Source: an uncultured Dehalococcoidia bacterium
GTDB taxonomy: Bacteria; Chloroflexota; Dehalococcoidia; Lucifugimonadales; CAJWER01
Direction of reading: 5' to 3'
Assembly (NCBI GenBank): GCA_964608025.1
Contig: CAZSLO010000007.1
Location: forward strand, 14,825 to 78,824
DNA length: 64,000 bases
Part shown: piece by piece, positions 9,729 through 20,620 of the stretch
Position numbering within the stretch: position 1 is the first letter of the stretch
Layout of the letters: the number at the start of each line of letters is the position of its first letter
Program-made: the position numbers and the translations under genes
Notes under the pieces: generated by a model
The model's database searches: none
What the model saw: only the letters and a program-made list of their open reading frames with translations
Told to the model about the DNA's origin: nothing

Positions 9729-10504
9729 ATCAACGTGTTCCAATCCTAGTCTATCACCACGTATATAGGGATGATGATCCTGACCTCAACGGGCCCACCG
9801 GTAATAAAGCTACTGGCAAGATCTCCGAGTCAGAGTTTCGCAGTCACATTTCTTACCTTGCGGAGGGTGGCTGGCAAGTGGTATCAACTACAGATGTGGT
9901 AGATTGGATCGAATATGATAAGCCATTGCCCAAGAAGGCAGTGGTACTACATTTCGACAACGGTTGGCTCGACACCTGGTCGATTTCGATGCCTATCCTG
10001 CGAGATCTAGGAATGACAGGCACTTGCTACGTTATCAGTGAAGGAACAGAAGCAGCCAGCCATGGACTCCCGGCAGCGATCCGCACATCCACAGAAGGGG
10101 CAGTACAAAAAACCTGTATCACATGGCAACAGACTGAAGAACTTCTCGTGGAAGGTTGGGAAATAGGGGCTCATACTGCAACCCATCCTAAACTAGTTGT
10201 GGTCCAGGAAAAAAACGGGGACGAAGCAGTATTGGAAGAGATTAATAGGTCAAATAAAGCCTACGAGGCCAACCTGGGTTTTGTTCCCAAGCATTTTGCA
10301 TACCCCAGTGGATCTCGTAATTATCGAACAGACTCCCTCCTAAAACCCATATATAAATCACTGAGACTCTGGAACTTTAGTAATCCACCAAAATGGTCAT
10401 TTACTAACAAGGCTACTTCACCTCATGCACTTGAATGTCAGAATATCGATAACACTGTCCAGTACAGGGATTTCACACGTATATTCGAAGAGGCAGTTAC
10501 CTAG
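9725..10504 (+). CDS. Polysaccharide deacetylase (NodB-homology) family protein
   Basis: PILVYHHV, HFDNGW and GAHTATHP match NodB-domain motifs. The start forms an ATGA overlap with the OsmC-like stop. Confidence 0.7.
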   Translation: MNQRVPILVYHHVYRDDDPDLNGPTGNKATGKISESEFRSHISYLAEGGWQVVSTTDVVDWIEYDKPLPKKAVVLHFDNGWLDTWSISMPILRDLGMTGTCYVISEGTEAASHGLPAAIRTSTEGAVQKTCITWQQTEELLVEGWEIGAHTATHPKLVVVQEKNGDEAVLEEINRSNKAYEANLGFVPKHFAYPSGSRNYRTDSLLKPIYKSLRLWNFSNPPKWSFTNKATSPHALECQNIDNTVQYRDFTRIFEEAVT

Positions 10505-10596
10505 ACCCATCAGCTATATATATGTAACCGCTGGTTAACCTTACTGTACCCAGAAGGAAGATATAGACCAATCCCAACTAACTTAAAATCAAGTTT

Positions 10597-11100
10597 CTAG
10601 GTATACTGGCCAAACCCCAGTGCACGCCAGTCCAAAAGTATCTGGTTATCGTTAGGGAACGGGAGTGGGGGCAGATCATCAGCATCAAAGAGTGCTACCT
10701 CAGACGCATCGTGCCCAGCATTAAGATGTCCTCCAATGACTACTGCATGGTAAACAACAAGTATTACCGGACTACCTGTCTGAGAATAAACACCTATTAG
10801 TCCTTCTGTCCGAACATCGAGGCCAGTCTCCTCCTTGACTTCCCTGATAGCCCCATCTTCCACAGCCTCACCTCGGTCAACGAATCCGGACGGAAAAGAC
10901 CAGGACCCCAATGCTGGCTCGACCCCTCGTTTAACCATTACCAGTCTCCGGTCAATAGATACTAGTACCACCGCAGCGACCTTAGGATCGAGAAAGATTC
11001 TTCGACCACATTCACCACAGGATAAGTGCGACATCCCGTCGATCATCGTACTAACGAGTCTACCGCCACAAGACTGGCAAAAGTTCATTTCATTTGACAT
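10597..11100 (-). CDS. NUDIX hydrolase with N-terminal zinc ribbon
   Basis: CQSCGGRL...CGECGR zinc ribbon, followed by a Nudix box GSWSFPSGFVDRGEAVEDGAIREVKEETG. The start is taken at the internal Met (MSNEMNF); the track ORF extends to 11169. Confidence 0.8.
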   Translation of the reverse strand: MSNEMNFCQSCGGRLVSTMIDGMSHLSCGECGRRIFLDPKVAAVVLVSIDRRLVMVKRGVEPALGSWSFPSGFVDRGEAVEDGAIREVKEETGLDVRTEGLIGVYSQTGSPVILVVYHAVVIGGHLNAGHDASEVALFDADDLPPLPFPNDNQILLDWRALGFGQYT

Positions 11101-11238
11101 TCTAAACCGCCATTCCACCAAGCTTAACGGTGAAAGTATAAAAGGTATAGATGCGAAGCATTTGACCACAGTTTAATCGCATCTCTATAATCGAGCAGCT
11201 TCAAACCCAATATAAGAACAAACATAAGAGGTGACAAA

Positions 11239-12000
11239 TTGGCCGAACTTAGACCTAACAGGGTGAAGCGTAAGCTGGAAGACGGCGACGTAGCCCTAAT
11301 TGTACAAGGTGAACTCACTCCAGACATGGTCGAATTACTTGGCCCAATTGGATTCGATGGCATTTGGATAGAAGGAGAACATGGGCCGGTTGATTTCGCA
11401 GATATTCGCGATTTCACCAGGGCCGCAGATCTTTGGGGACTGACTTCCGTAGCTCGTGTCAACCTCAATATCCCCGGTGTAATCTACCGTACACTCGACC
11501 AGGGAGCACAGGCAGTAGTTGTACCTCACATCAATACAGCAGCTGAGGCAAGCGCCGTGCTGGATGCAGCCAAGTTCGCTCCAATAGGCTCACGAGGATC
11601 ATATATGAGCCGACAAGGGATTGGGGTCGAAGACTACTATATTAAAGCCAACGACGAAACGATGACAATGATCCTGATCGAAGATATCATCGCGGTTAAT
11701 AATCTTGAAGAGATACTTGCTGTTGACATTGACGTTTTTTATGTTGCACCAGGAGATTTAGCACAAAGCATGGGATATCCTGGCCAACATACCCACCCAG
11801 ACGTCCAACAGACCGTGGACAAAACCATCGCAAGAATAATAGAAGCAGGGAGAGTTGCGGGTGCTTTAGCTACGGATGGCTCTGTTGAAGACTACGTAGA
11901 CAAGGGGGCCCGCCTCATCTCTACTAGCTACAACCAATGGCTCACATCCGGTGCCGAATCTTACCTCGGCAAAGCCAAGACTGCGATCAGTAAACGCTGA
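11239..12000 (+). CDS. HpcH/HpaI-family class II aldolase
   Basis: 253 aa. The GFDGIWIEGEHGP, RVN and VVPHINTAAEA pattern is typical of 2,4-dihydroxyhept-2-enedioate / 2-keto-3-deoxy-sugar-acid aldolases. Confidence 0.8.
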   Translation: MAELRPNRVKRKLEDGDVALIVQGELTPDMVELLGPIGFDGIWIEGEHGPVDFADIRDFTRAADLWGLTSVARVNLNIPGVIYRTLDQGAQAVVVPHINTAAEASAVLDAAKFAPIGSRGSYMSRQGIGVEDYYIKANDETMTMILIEDIIAVNNLEEILAVDIDVFYVAPGDLAQSMGYPGQHTHPDVQQTVDKTIARIIEAGRVAGALATDGSVEDYVDKGARLISTSYNQWLTSGAESYLGKAKTAISKR

Positions 12001-12395
12001 TTGTCACAGTTAAACTGATCCAATACATATCTATTATCTACCGGGATAAGCCCTGTATTTCTCCGGGCATCCCATCACCAATCGCCTCGTAATACTTAGG
12101 CGATGTAAACAGATCGTGGTGTTATATTTTGGAGGTATATCAACATATCTGAAGGCTAAGAAATATTCCCGATACCACATACAAAAATGTGATTTCCTTA
12201 CCTGCCTCAATTTTCACCAAGTCATCTGTTAGCATGACGATGATAATCAAGCCAACCAAGGAGCAGGCAATAACCATTTTTTACATCGTTCGATAAGAAC
12301 TCGCCCACACGGTTCCATTTTTTCGTTCCTGTATTCGACCACTTCTTCTTTCAAAACTATCGATTTAGGAGACTCTCCCGTTTTACTATTCGATC

Positions 12396-13637
12396 ATGAC
12401 GAATTTGACCAATATTATTGAAGAGCATCTTGGTTCCGAATACCGAGAAATCCTGGATAGGATTTCACATAGCGCGACCAAAACAGGCCTGCGTGTTTAC
12501 TTAGTAGGAGGCTCTGTCAGGGATTTAATTCTAGGTTTTACACCTTCCGAGTTGGATCTGGCTGTCTCAGGAGAATCTACCGATCCAATTGGCTCGTTAG
12601 CCACCAGTCTGAGTGGTGTCGTCTATTCAAAATCGGAGTTTGGCACTGCCAAGTTGGATATAGATGGAATAAGACTTGACATGGCGCGTACCAGACGAGA
12701 GAAATACGTCAAACCAGGAGCATTACCAACAGTCGAATTCACTCGGTCAATAGAAGAAGACTTGTCTCGACGAGATTTCACAATTAATGCCATGGCAATT
12801 TCTCTAAACATGGCAACCAGATGGGAACTCATAGATCCGTTTGAAGGAAGTAGAGATTTGGCATCGAAACAAATTCGTGTTCTACACAGAAGAAGCTTTG
12901 TGGACGACGCAACTCGCATTCTTAGAGCAATACGATACGCTACTCGCCTCAGTTTGGATTTAGTACCGGAAACATCAATTCTTATTGAAAATCAACTATC
13001 GTACTTAGGCATGATCCATGGAGATCGGATACGCCACGAACTTATCCGAATTTTCTCGGAAGAAAAACAGGCTGAAATCCTCAATCTCGCGGAAAGCTTA
13101 GGAATATTACGGGCGATCCATCCAAGCCTCGGCCTGAATAATACAATCGTTTCAAAATTGCAGGAATCCTCCCGCCGACCGGGACAAGTGGTGCTAGGAT
13201 CCCTAGCATTCGAAGCTAGTAACCATATGAGATCCAGTCTTAAAAATAGACTCAGCCTATCTGCAAACTGGTCCCGAATAATTGAAGATATTGGACACGT
13301 GAAAACCAAATTTGAACAGTTGAGTGAAAAGAGACTCTCACCTAGCCAAATTTACGGTATCCTATCCCAGTATGACACCCATGCAATAGAAGCCTGTAGT
13401 ATCTCCTGCAAAGATACCAAGATACGAAAGCGACTGGAACTCTATCTACAAAAACTATTGAATACAAGTACTATTATGGACGGCAAAAACATTATCGCAC
13501 TGGGATTATCTGAAGGACCCAATGTAGGAAAACTCCTAAGCCACCTATTGGATGCCAAGCTTGATGGACTAGTCCCTACCCGGGAAGATGAGGAACAATT
13601 TATACTTACCAACATAATTAGAATCTCTCAAGATTAG
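12396..13637 (+). CDS. CCA-adding enzyme / poly(A) polymerase-family tRNA nucleotidyltransferase
   Basis: VYLVGGSVRDLILG...DLDLAV (the Pol-beta nucleotidyltransferase GG..RD...D.D head), RRDFTINAMA, and RILRAIRYATRL. Confidence 0.8.
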   Translation: MTNLTNIIEEHLGSEYREILDRISHSATKTGLRVYLVGGSVRDLILGFTPSELDLAVSGESTDPIGSLATSLSGVVYSKSEFGTAKLDIDGIRLDMARTRREKYVKPGALPTVEFTRSIEEDLSRRDFTINAMAISLNMATRWELIDPFEGSRDLASKQIRVLHRRSFVDDATRILRAIRYATRLSLDLVPETSILIENQLSYLGMIHGDRIRHELIRIFSEEKQAEILNLAESLGILRAIHPSLGLNNTIVSKLQESSRRPGQVVLGSLAFEASNHMRSSLKNRLSLSANWSRIIEDIGHVKTKFEQLSEKRLSPSQIYGILSQYDTHAIEACSISCKDTKIRKRLELYLQKLLNTSTIMDGKNIIALGLSEGPNVGKLLSHLLDAKLDGLVPTREDEEQFILTNIIRISQD

Positions 13638-13804
13638 GCAAGCCGATCTTTAGTCGATTAAATATTGGTTTTGCAAAGCTAAGAATCCCTGCAAAACCAT
13701 TGGCGAATTTATACAGATCTATATGTTGCGTTCCCGCAATAACAAATCCTATCCTGCCGTAACGAAGTTGAGAAAGTCACTTGTGTCAAAAACTAGGAGA
13801 AATA

Positions 13805-16078
13805 ATGGCATCTGTTACTAGTACGTCTACAAAACCACACAAGGTTATAGGTACCCGCCCTGTGCGACACGATGGTGTCCCCAAGGTAACAGGCGAGGCG
13901 AAATACGGTGCAGATATGCACCTGCCAAGAATGCTATTTGGCAAGGTGTTACGCAGCCCACATCCCCACGCGATTATTAAATCGATCAACACCAAACTTG
14001 CTGAAGCACATCCAGATGTACGAGCAGTTGCAACAGCAAAAGACTTAATACCCAAAGAAACTGTGGGCCAAGAGGTAGTATTGGGCGTGACTCAGACTGA
14101 CAATGTACTGGCAAATAGCAAAGTACTCTACAGCGGCCATGCTATCGCTGCAGTTGCCGCAACCAATCCACACGTAGCTGAAGAAGCGCTGTCCCTTATT
14201 GAAGTCGAATATGAAATACTACCAGCGGTAACAACAGTAGAAGAAGCTATGAAACCAGATGCTCCTTGGCTACACGAAGACTGGGCTATTGATAATCCCG
14301 ATCAGATTCCAAACGTAGCTGGACAGGAGAACTACCAATTTGGTGATCTGGCTAACGGCTTCGATTTGGCCGACCTCGTAGTCGAGCGGGAATTCCGTAC
14401 ACAATCTGTCCATCAGGGTTATATCGAACCGCAAAACGCGACCGCCTCTTGGCCACCAGACGACCGTCTGACGATTTGGTGTAGTAGCCAAGGGCATTTC
14501 GGGATCAGGACCAATGTAGCAAGAGTTCTTGGAATATCTGAATCCGAGATTAAGGTTGTCCCAATGGAAATTGGTGGTGGTTTCGGTGGAAAACTAAACG
14601 TCTATCTAGAACCAATTGCAGCCATTTTATCCAAGAAGAGTGGCTGCCCAGTGAAGATGTGGATGACTAGATCCGAAGTCCTAGAAGCAACTGGACCCGC
14701 ATCTGGAAGTTATATCCGGGTGAAGATGGGAGCTACGAGGAAAGGACAAATCACTGGTGCTCAGATCTATTATGCATATGAAGCTGGCGCATATCCAGGC
14801 GCACCTCTTGCAGGTGCGGCAGCAGCGGTCCTAGCACCATATCACATTGAAAATGTTCAGATTGATGCCTTTGATGTCGTCGACAACAAACCAAAAACTT
14901 CTGCTTATCGAGCACCAGGCGCTACCGTAGCAGTGTTCGCTATAGAGAGTCTCATAGACGAGATTGCAGAAAATTTGAACATAGACCCGGTTAAACTGCG
15001 TCTCCAAAACGCTGCCAAAGAAGGTACTCGTCGCGCGGATGGAGTTATGAATGTACGCATCGGCGCACAAGAAGTAATGGAAGCTGTACACGAACACCAA
15101 CACTACTCAGATCCGATTAACGATACGGGTAAAGACGGGCTTTTCGGCCGGGGAATCGCTATGGGTTTCTGTCGAAACAACTCTGGGATGGCATGCGTAG
15201 TAGCAAATGTACTCGATAATGGCAAAATCAGCTTGGTAGAAGGATCCGTAGACATAGGAGGCAGCCGAACTGCTGTCAGCCAGCAATTAGCAGAAGTCCT
15301 GGGAATTCCAGTCATGGATGTTATTCCCCAAGTTGCTGACACCGATACTATTGGATACACATCCAACACTGGGGGTAGTGGTGTCGCCTACAAGTCTGGA
15401 TGGGCCGCTCATGACGCTGCGAACGATATTAAGGACCAACTCATAAAGCGTGTCTCCATGATTTGGGAAGTTCCATCCAAAGACATCGCCTATGTTGACG
15501 GAGCGTTACAGCATAACTCCGATCCAGAACTAAGAATGACATTCAAGGAAATAGCTGCCATTCTCCCAGATACTGGTGGACCCGTGGTCGGGAGGGCAAA
15601 TATCAACCCTGGAGGACTTCACGGCTCTTACGCAGCGAACATAGTAGACGTAGAAGTGGATCCGGAGACTGGCAAGGTAGATATATTGCGGTATACTGCA
15701 TTTCAAGATGCAGGAAAGGCAATTCATCCAAGCTATGTAGAAGGCCAAATACAAGGAGGTACAACCCAGGGAATCGGGTGGGCATTGAACGAAGAGTATT
15801 TCATGAGCTCAGATGGCCGTATGTTGAATACCTCTTTCCTAGATTACAGGATGCCTACGAGTTACGACGTACCAATGATTGAGCCGGTCATTGTCGAGGT
15901 ACCAAGTGCTATGCATCCATTTGGTGTCCGAGGCGTTGGTGAAGCTAACATCGTTCCCCCACCTGCCGCGATCGCAAACGCGATCCACGATGCTACAGGG
16001 ATCAGGATGCGTAATCTACCGATGTCTCCTGGCTCAATATTAAAGACCATACAAGAATCAAATTCTGATATTAGATAA
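13805..16078 (+). CDS. Xanthine dehydrogenase/aldehyde oxidase-family molybdopterin-binding large subunit
   Basis: The ATG at 13805 is preceded by AGGAG. An a/b-hammerhead N-domain (G.ARYGADM, VLRSPHPHA.I) is followed by the Mo-binding domains (GGGFGGK, ayRAPG, GVGE). About 757 aa. Confidence 0.85.
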   Translation: MASVTSTSTKPHKVIGTRPVRHDGVPKVTGEAKYGADMHLPRMLFGKVLRSPHPHAIIKSINTKLAEAHPDVRAVATAKDLIPKETVGQEVVLGVTQTDNVLANSKVLYSGHAIAAVAATNPHVAEEALSLIEVEYEILPAVTTVEEAMKPDAPWLHEDWAIDNPDQIPNVAGQENYQFGDLANGFDLADLVVEREFRTQSVHQGYIEPQNATASWPPDDRLTIWCSSQGHFGIRTNVARVLGISESEIKVVPMEIGGGFGGKLNVYLEPIAAILSKKSGCPVKMWMTRSEVLEATGPASGSYIRVKMGATRKGQITGAQIYYAYEAGAYPGAPLAGAAAAVLAPYHIENVQIDAFDVVDNKPKTSAYRAPGATVAVFAIESLIDEIAENLNIDPVKLRLQNAAKEGTRRADGVMNVRIGAQEVMEAVHEHQHYSDPINDTGKDGLFGRGIAMGFCRNNSGMACVVANVLDNGKISLVEGSVDIGGSRTAVSQQLAEVLGIPVMDVIPQVADTDTIGYTSNTGGSGVAYKSGWAAHDAANDIKDQLIKRVSMIWEVPSKDIAYVDGALQHNSDPELRMTFKEIAAILPDTGGPVVGRANINPGGLHGSYAANIVDVEVDPETGKVDILRYTAFQDAGKAIHPSYVEGQIQGGTTQGIGWALNEEYFMSSDGRMLNTSFLDYRMPTSYDVPMIEPVIVEVPSAMHPFGVRGVGEANIVPPPAAIANAIHDATGIRMRNLPMSPGSILKTIQESNSDIR

Positions 16079-16269
16079 GCATCAATCGAATTGACAGGCA
16101 GCATTTGCCTTCCTACAATTTATAAGTCAGCAGTCTCTTTCTTTTTTAAAGAAGACTGCAATTTTTTTGTGCATGGGTCTTAGGTACAATAGGTAAAGGA
16201 AACGTATAAAGTTGGATCCGGTGGATCCATAGCCCTGATGCTAATAATAATCGCGACACTGGTAAATAT

Positions 16270-17319
16270 ATGTCCGAAGATATAGAAAAAAACATCCCAC
16301 CAACAGAGCCTGGCATTAATCCAGATTCGGACACTGTGGATCAAGAATTCGCTATACAACTAAACGGTGTAACAAAGCAGTTCGGACCTAACATAGCAGT
16401 AAATAATGTTTCTTTTGACGTAAAAAAAGGTGAAGTGGTCGGATTTCTAGGCCCAAACGGGTCTGGTAAAACCACAACAATGAGGCTAATCACGTCATTC
16501 TATACGCCAGATAAAGGGCAAATATCTATAGAAGGCCTAGATAATCAAAAACACGACGTGGAAACCCGACGTATGATTGGCTATCTACCAGAGAATAACC
16601 CCGTTTATGGTGATTTTCTCGTTCACGAATTTCTGGAATTCGTGGCAGATTTACGTGGTTTGTCGGGCCCACAAAGGCGAGTGGACATCGATGAATCCGT
16701 CGAAGAGACCGGTATCCAAGAAGTGTATAACAAGCCCATAAACCAGTGTTCCAAGGGATTTCGCCAACGAGTCGGCCTAGCCGGGTGCATCTTGCACCAC
16801 CCCGACATCCTCATCATGGACGAACCAACAGAGGGTTTAGATCCAAATCAACGGGTCCCAATAAGAGAACTCATAAGAAGCATGGGTGAGCGACGAACTG
16901 TAATGCTTAGTACTCATGTTCTCCAAGAAGTTGAAGAAACCTGTGACAGGCTTTTGATAATTAGCCGTGGCAGGATAGTAGCGAACGGCACAGTGGATGA
17001 ACTGACAACACTGTCACATGGCGAAAGATTGGTTGATCTAGAGGTAGAAGGAGAAAACGTTGAGGCAGCTCTTGCAAACGTGCCTGAAATACGTTCTGTA
17101 CGCCAGTTAGCGCCAGTGGGTGGTAGACAAAAGTTCACTCTGTCAGTCAATCCCGGCGAAGAACACGATGTCCGCCCGCAAATATACACCTTGGCTAAGA
17201 GTAAAGACTGGGTTATCTGGGAACTCCACCAAGAATCAGCCCGCCTAGGGGAAATTTTCCAAACCCTAACAGATGAAGACCAAAGTCCAATACCAGACGT
17301 AAAAGAAGACGAGAACTGA
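16270..17319 (+). CDS. ABC transporter ATP-binding protein (GldA-like, ABC-2 type)
   Basis: Walker A GPNGSGKTT, signature SKGFRQR, Walker B ILIMDEPTEGLD. Confidence 0.9.
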   Translation: MSEDIEKNIPPTEPGINPDSDTVDQEFAIQLNGVTKQFGPNIAVNNVSFDVKKGEVVGFLGPNGSGKTTTMRLITSFYTPDKGQISIEGLDNQKHDVETRRMIGYLPENNPVYGDFLVHEFLEFVADLRGLSGPQRRVDIDESVEETGIQEVYNKPINQCSKGFRQRVGLAGCILHHPDILIMDEPTEGLDPNQRVPIRELIRSMGERRTVMLSTHVLQEVEETCDRLLIISRGRIVANGTVDELTTLSHGERLVDLEVEGENVEAALANVPEIRSVRQLAPVGGRQKFTLSVNPGEEHDVRPQIYTLAKSKDWVIWELHQESARLGEIFQTLTDEDQSPIPDVKEDEN

Positions 17320-17320
17320 T

Positions 17321-19603
17321 ATGCGGACCTTAGTTACCCTAGTACGTAAGGACTTGAAAGGCTATTTCGATCAGCCTACTGGATTCATCCTGCTAGTGAT
17401 TTTCACCGGTGTTGCTTCCTACATGTATTTTAGGACTGCTCTCATGATGCAAGAGGCATCTATGAGGCAACTTTTTACGCTGCTGCCATGGATTCTTGCA
17501 GTATTCGTACCTGCATCTACCATGCGCCTAGTTGCTGAAGAACAAAGAGATGGAACCCTGGAAATATTGCTGACCCAGCCTCTTCGTATCTGGACAGTAC
17601 TGTTTTCTAAGTTCTTGGCAGGTTTACTCTTCGTAAGCACGGGCATAGCCGCCACGATCATCATTCCGATTTCACTTCAAACCGTTGGAGATTTCGACAA
17701 TGGTGCAGTCCTAGCCCAATATATTGGGACCATTTTTCTTACAGCCTCATTTGTCGCTATAGGTCTTTTCACATCAAGCCTTACCCGTAATCAAATAGTA
17801 GCGTTTGTCTTTGGCCTATCTATAATCATGGCCTTGATGGTTGCAGGAATGCCCATCATAACGCTGGCCCTGCCTCCAACCACCGCTGTACTAGTACAAG
17901 ATCTGAGTCCACTGATTCATTTCGATGGAATTGCACGTGGTGTACTAGACTTGAGGGATGTCGTCTACTTCTTGGCACTTATATCCACATTCCTCAGTGC
18001 AACCTATCTTCTCATCAGGGGTAAGAGTGTAAGCCACCGATCTTCCCTTTACAGAAACCTTCAACTTGGTGTTGGGGGCTTAGTAATATTAAGCATCCTG
18101 ATCGGTTGGTCAGGAAGCTCAATAGATGGCAGACTAGATCTTACTGAAGCCAAACTTTTTACTCTTGATGAAGCAACGATCGAACTCTTACAAGACTTGG
18201 ACGACATCGTAACAATCAAATTATTTGTATCTGAAGATCCTCCGGTTCAGGTAGCATTGACTCAACGTGACGTTGAAGATCTATTGGACGACATAGTTAA
18301 CGCCTCGAACGGCAACGTGAAACTCATCAAATACCTGGCAGATAAGGACCAAGAAACTGCTGAGGAAGCAAAGCGCAGTTTCGTACCTCCCATTAATTTT
18401 AGTGAACAGTCAGGTGGAGAATTCAAGGTCAAGATAGGATATCTTGGGCTAGGTATAACTTATGCCAACCGGCAAGAGAACTTACCTTTCATTGAAACAA
18501 CTGATGGCCTTGAATATAGACTAATGGCCAACGTGCGTAGAATGTCTCAGAAAAGACCAAGCACTCTTTCCTTCATGCATGGTCACGGCGAATGGCGCAG
18601 AGACTCGGACCTTCAATCATTTCGAGACCAGCTCGAACGTCATCACACGGTGATGGAAATTGACGCAGACAGGGACGAAGATTTGATGGAAGCAACCTCA
18701 ATAGCTTTTGTTGAAACTGACGTCCTAATCATCCCTGGCGCCACGGAAGAAGTTCCGCCGTGGGTACTAGCCTCTATCGATGAATTCTTAGCTGAGGGCG
18801 GGAAACTCCTGATGCTCGTCGATTCACTAGATGTGGACGACAGGGCTTTGCGAGCAACAAAGGCGAACACACGTCTAAGTGGTTGGCTGGCGGATTATGG
18901 GGTGCTCATCCAGGATAACGTCGTGTTCGACACACGATCCCATGAAACCCTGACTTTCAACACCCAGTTCGGTAGTGTTGAACTTAACTATCCTTATTGG
19001 CCAAGAGTCCAGACCCAGGAGCAGGCGATTTCGGGAGGCGTTAGCAGCGTTGTATTCCCTTGGTCTAGTTCAATAGAAATTAGCGACCCTGTTGGTGAAT
19101 CTATAGATACACAGATTAATCCAATCGTGATGACCACGGAATTCGCTGCTATCGACAATTCTTTTAGAGATTTGACACCACGGTCTCCAACTCTGGAGGA
19201 ATACACCGAGGAAGAACTTGGGGAAAAGATACTAGCGGTCGCAGTTACAGGCACACGCTGTTCATATTACAAGCCAGATTGTGAGAAAAACCTTGAGAAC
19301 ACATTCCGCATGATAGTCGCCTCCGACTCAATGTGGATAACAGAAAAAATGGCCAACGGTTTTCCTGAACATCTAGTGCTTGCAGTGAACTGGATTGACT
19401 GGTTGAGCCAAGAAGACCAACTGGCAGCTATCAGATCCAAGGGTACGGTAATTCGCCAGCTTGTTTTTACTTCCGACATCCAGAGAAACATCATCAGGTA
19501 CGGAAATGTGTTCGGCATTCCTGCTTTATTAATTATATTTGGATTGGTTCGCTTCATTATGCGCCGCCAAACCACAAGGAAGGTGTACCAGATTGAGCGG
19601 TAG
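17321..19603 (+). CDS. ABC-2 permease fused to a GldG-like extracytoplasmic domain
   Basis: 760 aa. The N-terminal ~230 aa are a six-helix ABC-2 permease, followed by a large soluble domain and a C-terminal anchor helix, as in GldF-GldG fusions. It starts 1 nt after the ATPase stop. Confidence 0.7.
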   Translation: MRTLVTLVRKDLKGYFDQPTGFILLVIFTGVASYMYFRTALMMQEASMRQLFTLLPWILAVFVPASTMRLVAEEQRDGTLEILLTQPLRIWTVLFSKFLAGLLFVSTGIAATIIIPISLQTVGDFDNGAVLAQYIGTIFLTASFVAIGLFTSSLTRNQIVAFVFGLSIIMALMVAGMPIITLALPPTTAVLVQDLSPLIHFDGIARGVLDLRDVVYFLALISTFLSATYLLIRGKSVSHRSSLYRNLQLGVGGLVILSILIGWSGSSIDGRLDLTEAKLFTLDEATIELLQDLDDIVTIKLFVSEDPPVQVALTQRDVEDLLDDIVNASNGNVKLIKYLADKDQETAEEAKRSFVPPINFSEQSGGEFKVKIGYLGLGITYANRQENLPFIETTDGLEYRLMANVRRMSQKRPSTLSFMHGHGEWRRDSDLQSFRDQLERHHTVMEIDADRDEDLMEATSIAFVETDVLIIPGATEEVPPWVLASIDEFLAEGGKLLMLVDSLDVDDRALRATKANTRLSGWLADYGVLIQDNVVFDTRSHETLTFNTQFGSVELNYPYWPRVQTQEQAISGGVSSVVFPWSSSIEISDPVGESIDTQINPIVMTTEFAAIDNSFRDLTPRSPTLEEYTEEELGEKILAVAVTGTRCSYYKPDCEKNLENTFRMIVASDSMWITEKMANGFPEHLVLAVNWIDWLSQEDQLAAIRSKGTVIRQLVFTSDIQRNIIRYGNVFGIPALLIIFGLVRFIMRRQTTRKVYQIER

Positions 19604-20570
19604 GTACGTTGGACTTGTCCTAGTGATAGTAATCGTGCTCGGAATCATGGGCATCGGGTTCAGGCTGCTTTCTGTTGAGGGAGAGGGAATTAAGCGCCTT
19701 GGAAACGTAAGCCAGTTGGATCCATCTGTTATTGACCGTGTAGTTATGAGAGACGCAGAAAAACAAACGGTAATAAGAAAAATAGGTGAAAATTGGTGGG
19801 TCGATGCTTACCCGGCAGTAGATCTCAGGATGGAAACTCTTTGGGAAACTGCCTCGAGGATCGGTGACGCTGAATTGATAGCCACTAATTCCACCAATCA
19901 TGACTTGATGGGTGTCCATCCTGACAATCAGACAGTCGTGGAATTCTGGAACACTGGTGAGGTAGTTGAACGATTCATAGTAGGTGACAAACAATTCGCG
20001 CCTGTTGGAGAACGCGTTATAACTCCCTGGACATCAACTGTGAGACTTTGCTACATAAGGCGTCCAGATGGAATAGAAGTATACTCAATATTCTGTGAAT
20101 TCCCTGAGCCTTTTGGTACAGACGCGAACTATTGGAAGGATCCGATCATCGCAGCTGTTCCACCCGACGAGATTGAGTCAGTTACCTTTACATATGCTGA
20201 CAGATCGTTCACCCTTAGGCTAATCAATTCAGCCTGGGTTGTAGAAACAGACTCTGGTATTGAGCCAGCAGACGTAGAGGCTGTTACCCTCCTACTTTTT
20301 GAATTCCGACAGCTTGTAACTCGGGATTTCCCAACAGAAGATGAAGCTTCTGACCTAAACTGGGATGAGCCGCATGCAGTAATATCTATAAATGTCAAAG
20401 AGGGCTCAAGTGCTAACGGAGTTCTCCTTATGTTTCTACAGAAAGATCGGGACCCAGAGTTCTATGTAAGGGATCCTCAAAAAGCCTGGTCATACTTCCT
20501 CGACGAAACTGCGTCTACCAATATCCTAAAATTCAGCACAGACTTTATCCAAGTGCCAACCGGTGAATAA
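19593..20570 (+). CDS. DUF4340-like membrane-anchored protein (partner of GldG-type ABC systems)
   Basis: N-terminal anchor helix (VGLVLVIVIVLGIMGIGF) followed by a soluble repeat domain. Its position after a GldA/GldFG-like pair is the usual DUF4340 context. The start is uncertain: the track ORF begins at 19539, and TTG 19593 gives a short overlap. Confidence 0.55.
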   Translation: MSGRYVGLVLVIVIVLGIMGIGFRLLSVEGEGIKRLGNVSQLDPSVIDRVVMRDAEKQTVIRKIGENWWVDAYPAVDLRMETLWETASRIGDAELIATNSTNHDLMGVHPDNQTVVEFWNTGEVVERFIVGDKQFAPVGERVITPWTSTVRLCYIRRPDGIEVYSIFCEFPEPFGTDANYWKDPIIAAVPPDEIESVTFTYADRSFTLRLINSAWVVETDSGIEPADVEAVTLLLFEFRQLVTRDFPTEDEASDLNWDEPHAVISINVKEGSSANGVLLMFLQKDRDPEFYVRDPQKAWSYFLDETASTNILKFSTDFIQVPTGE

Positions 20571-20620
20571 AGGCTAACTGCAGCCCAACTGCAAACTGCA
20601 TTTCTCCCATTAGCGAATAG

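Noticed and set aside
12140-12277. 45-codon minus-strand ORF in the 395-nt gap after the aldolase gene. It encodes a hydrophobic peptide (MVIACSLVGLIIIVML...) ending ...QIC-TGA-YTSKI-TAA, i.e. a possible C-terminal Cys-Sec pair.
   Set aside because: It has no RBS and no downstream hairpin, it is very short, and it has no family resemblance. The Cys-UGA juxtaposition is easily due to chance.
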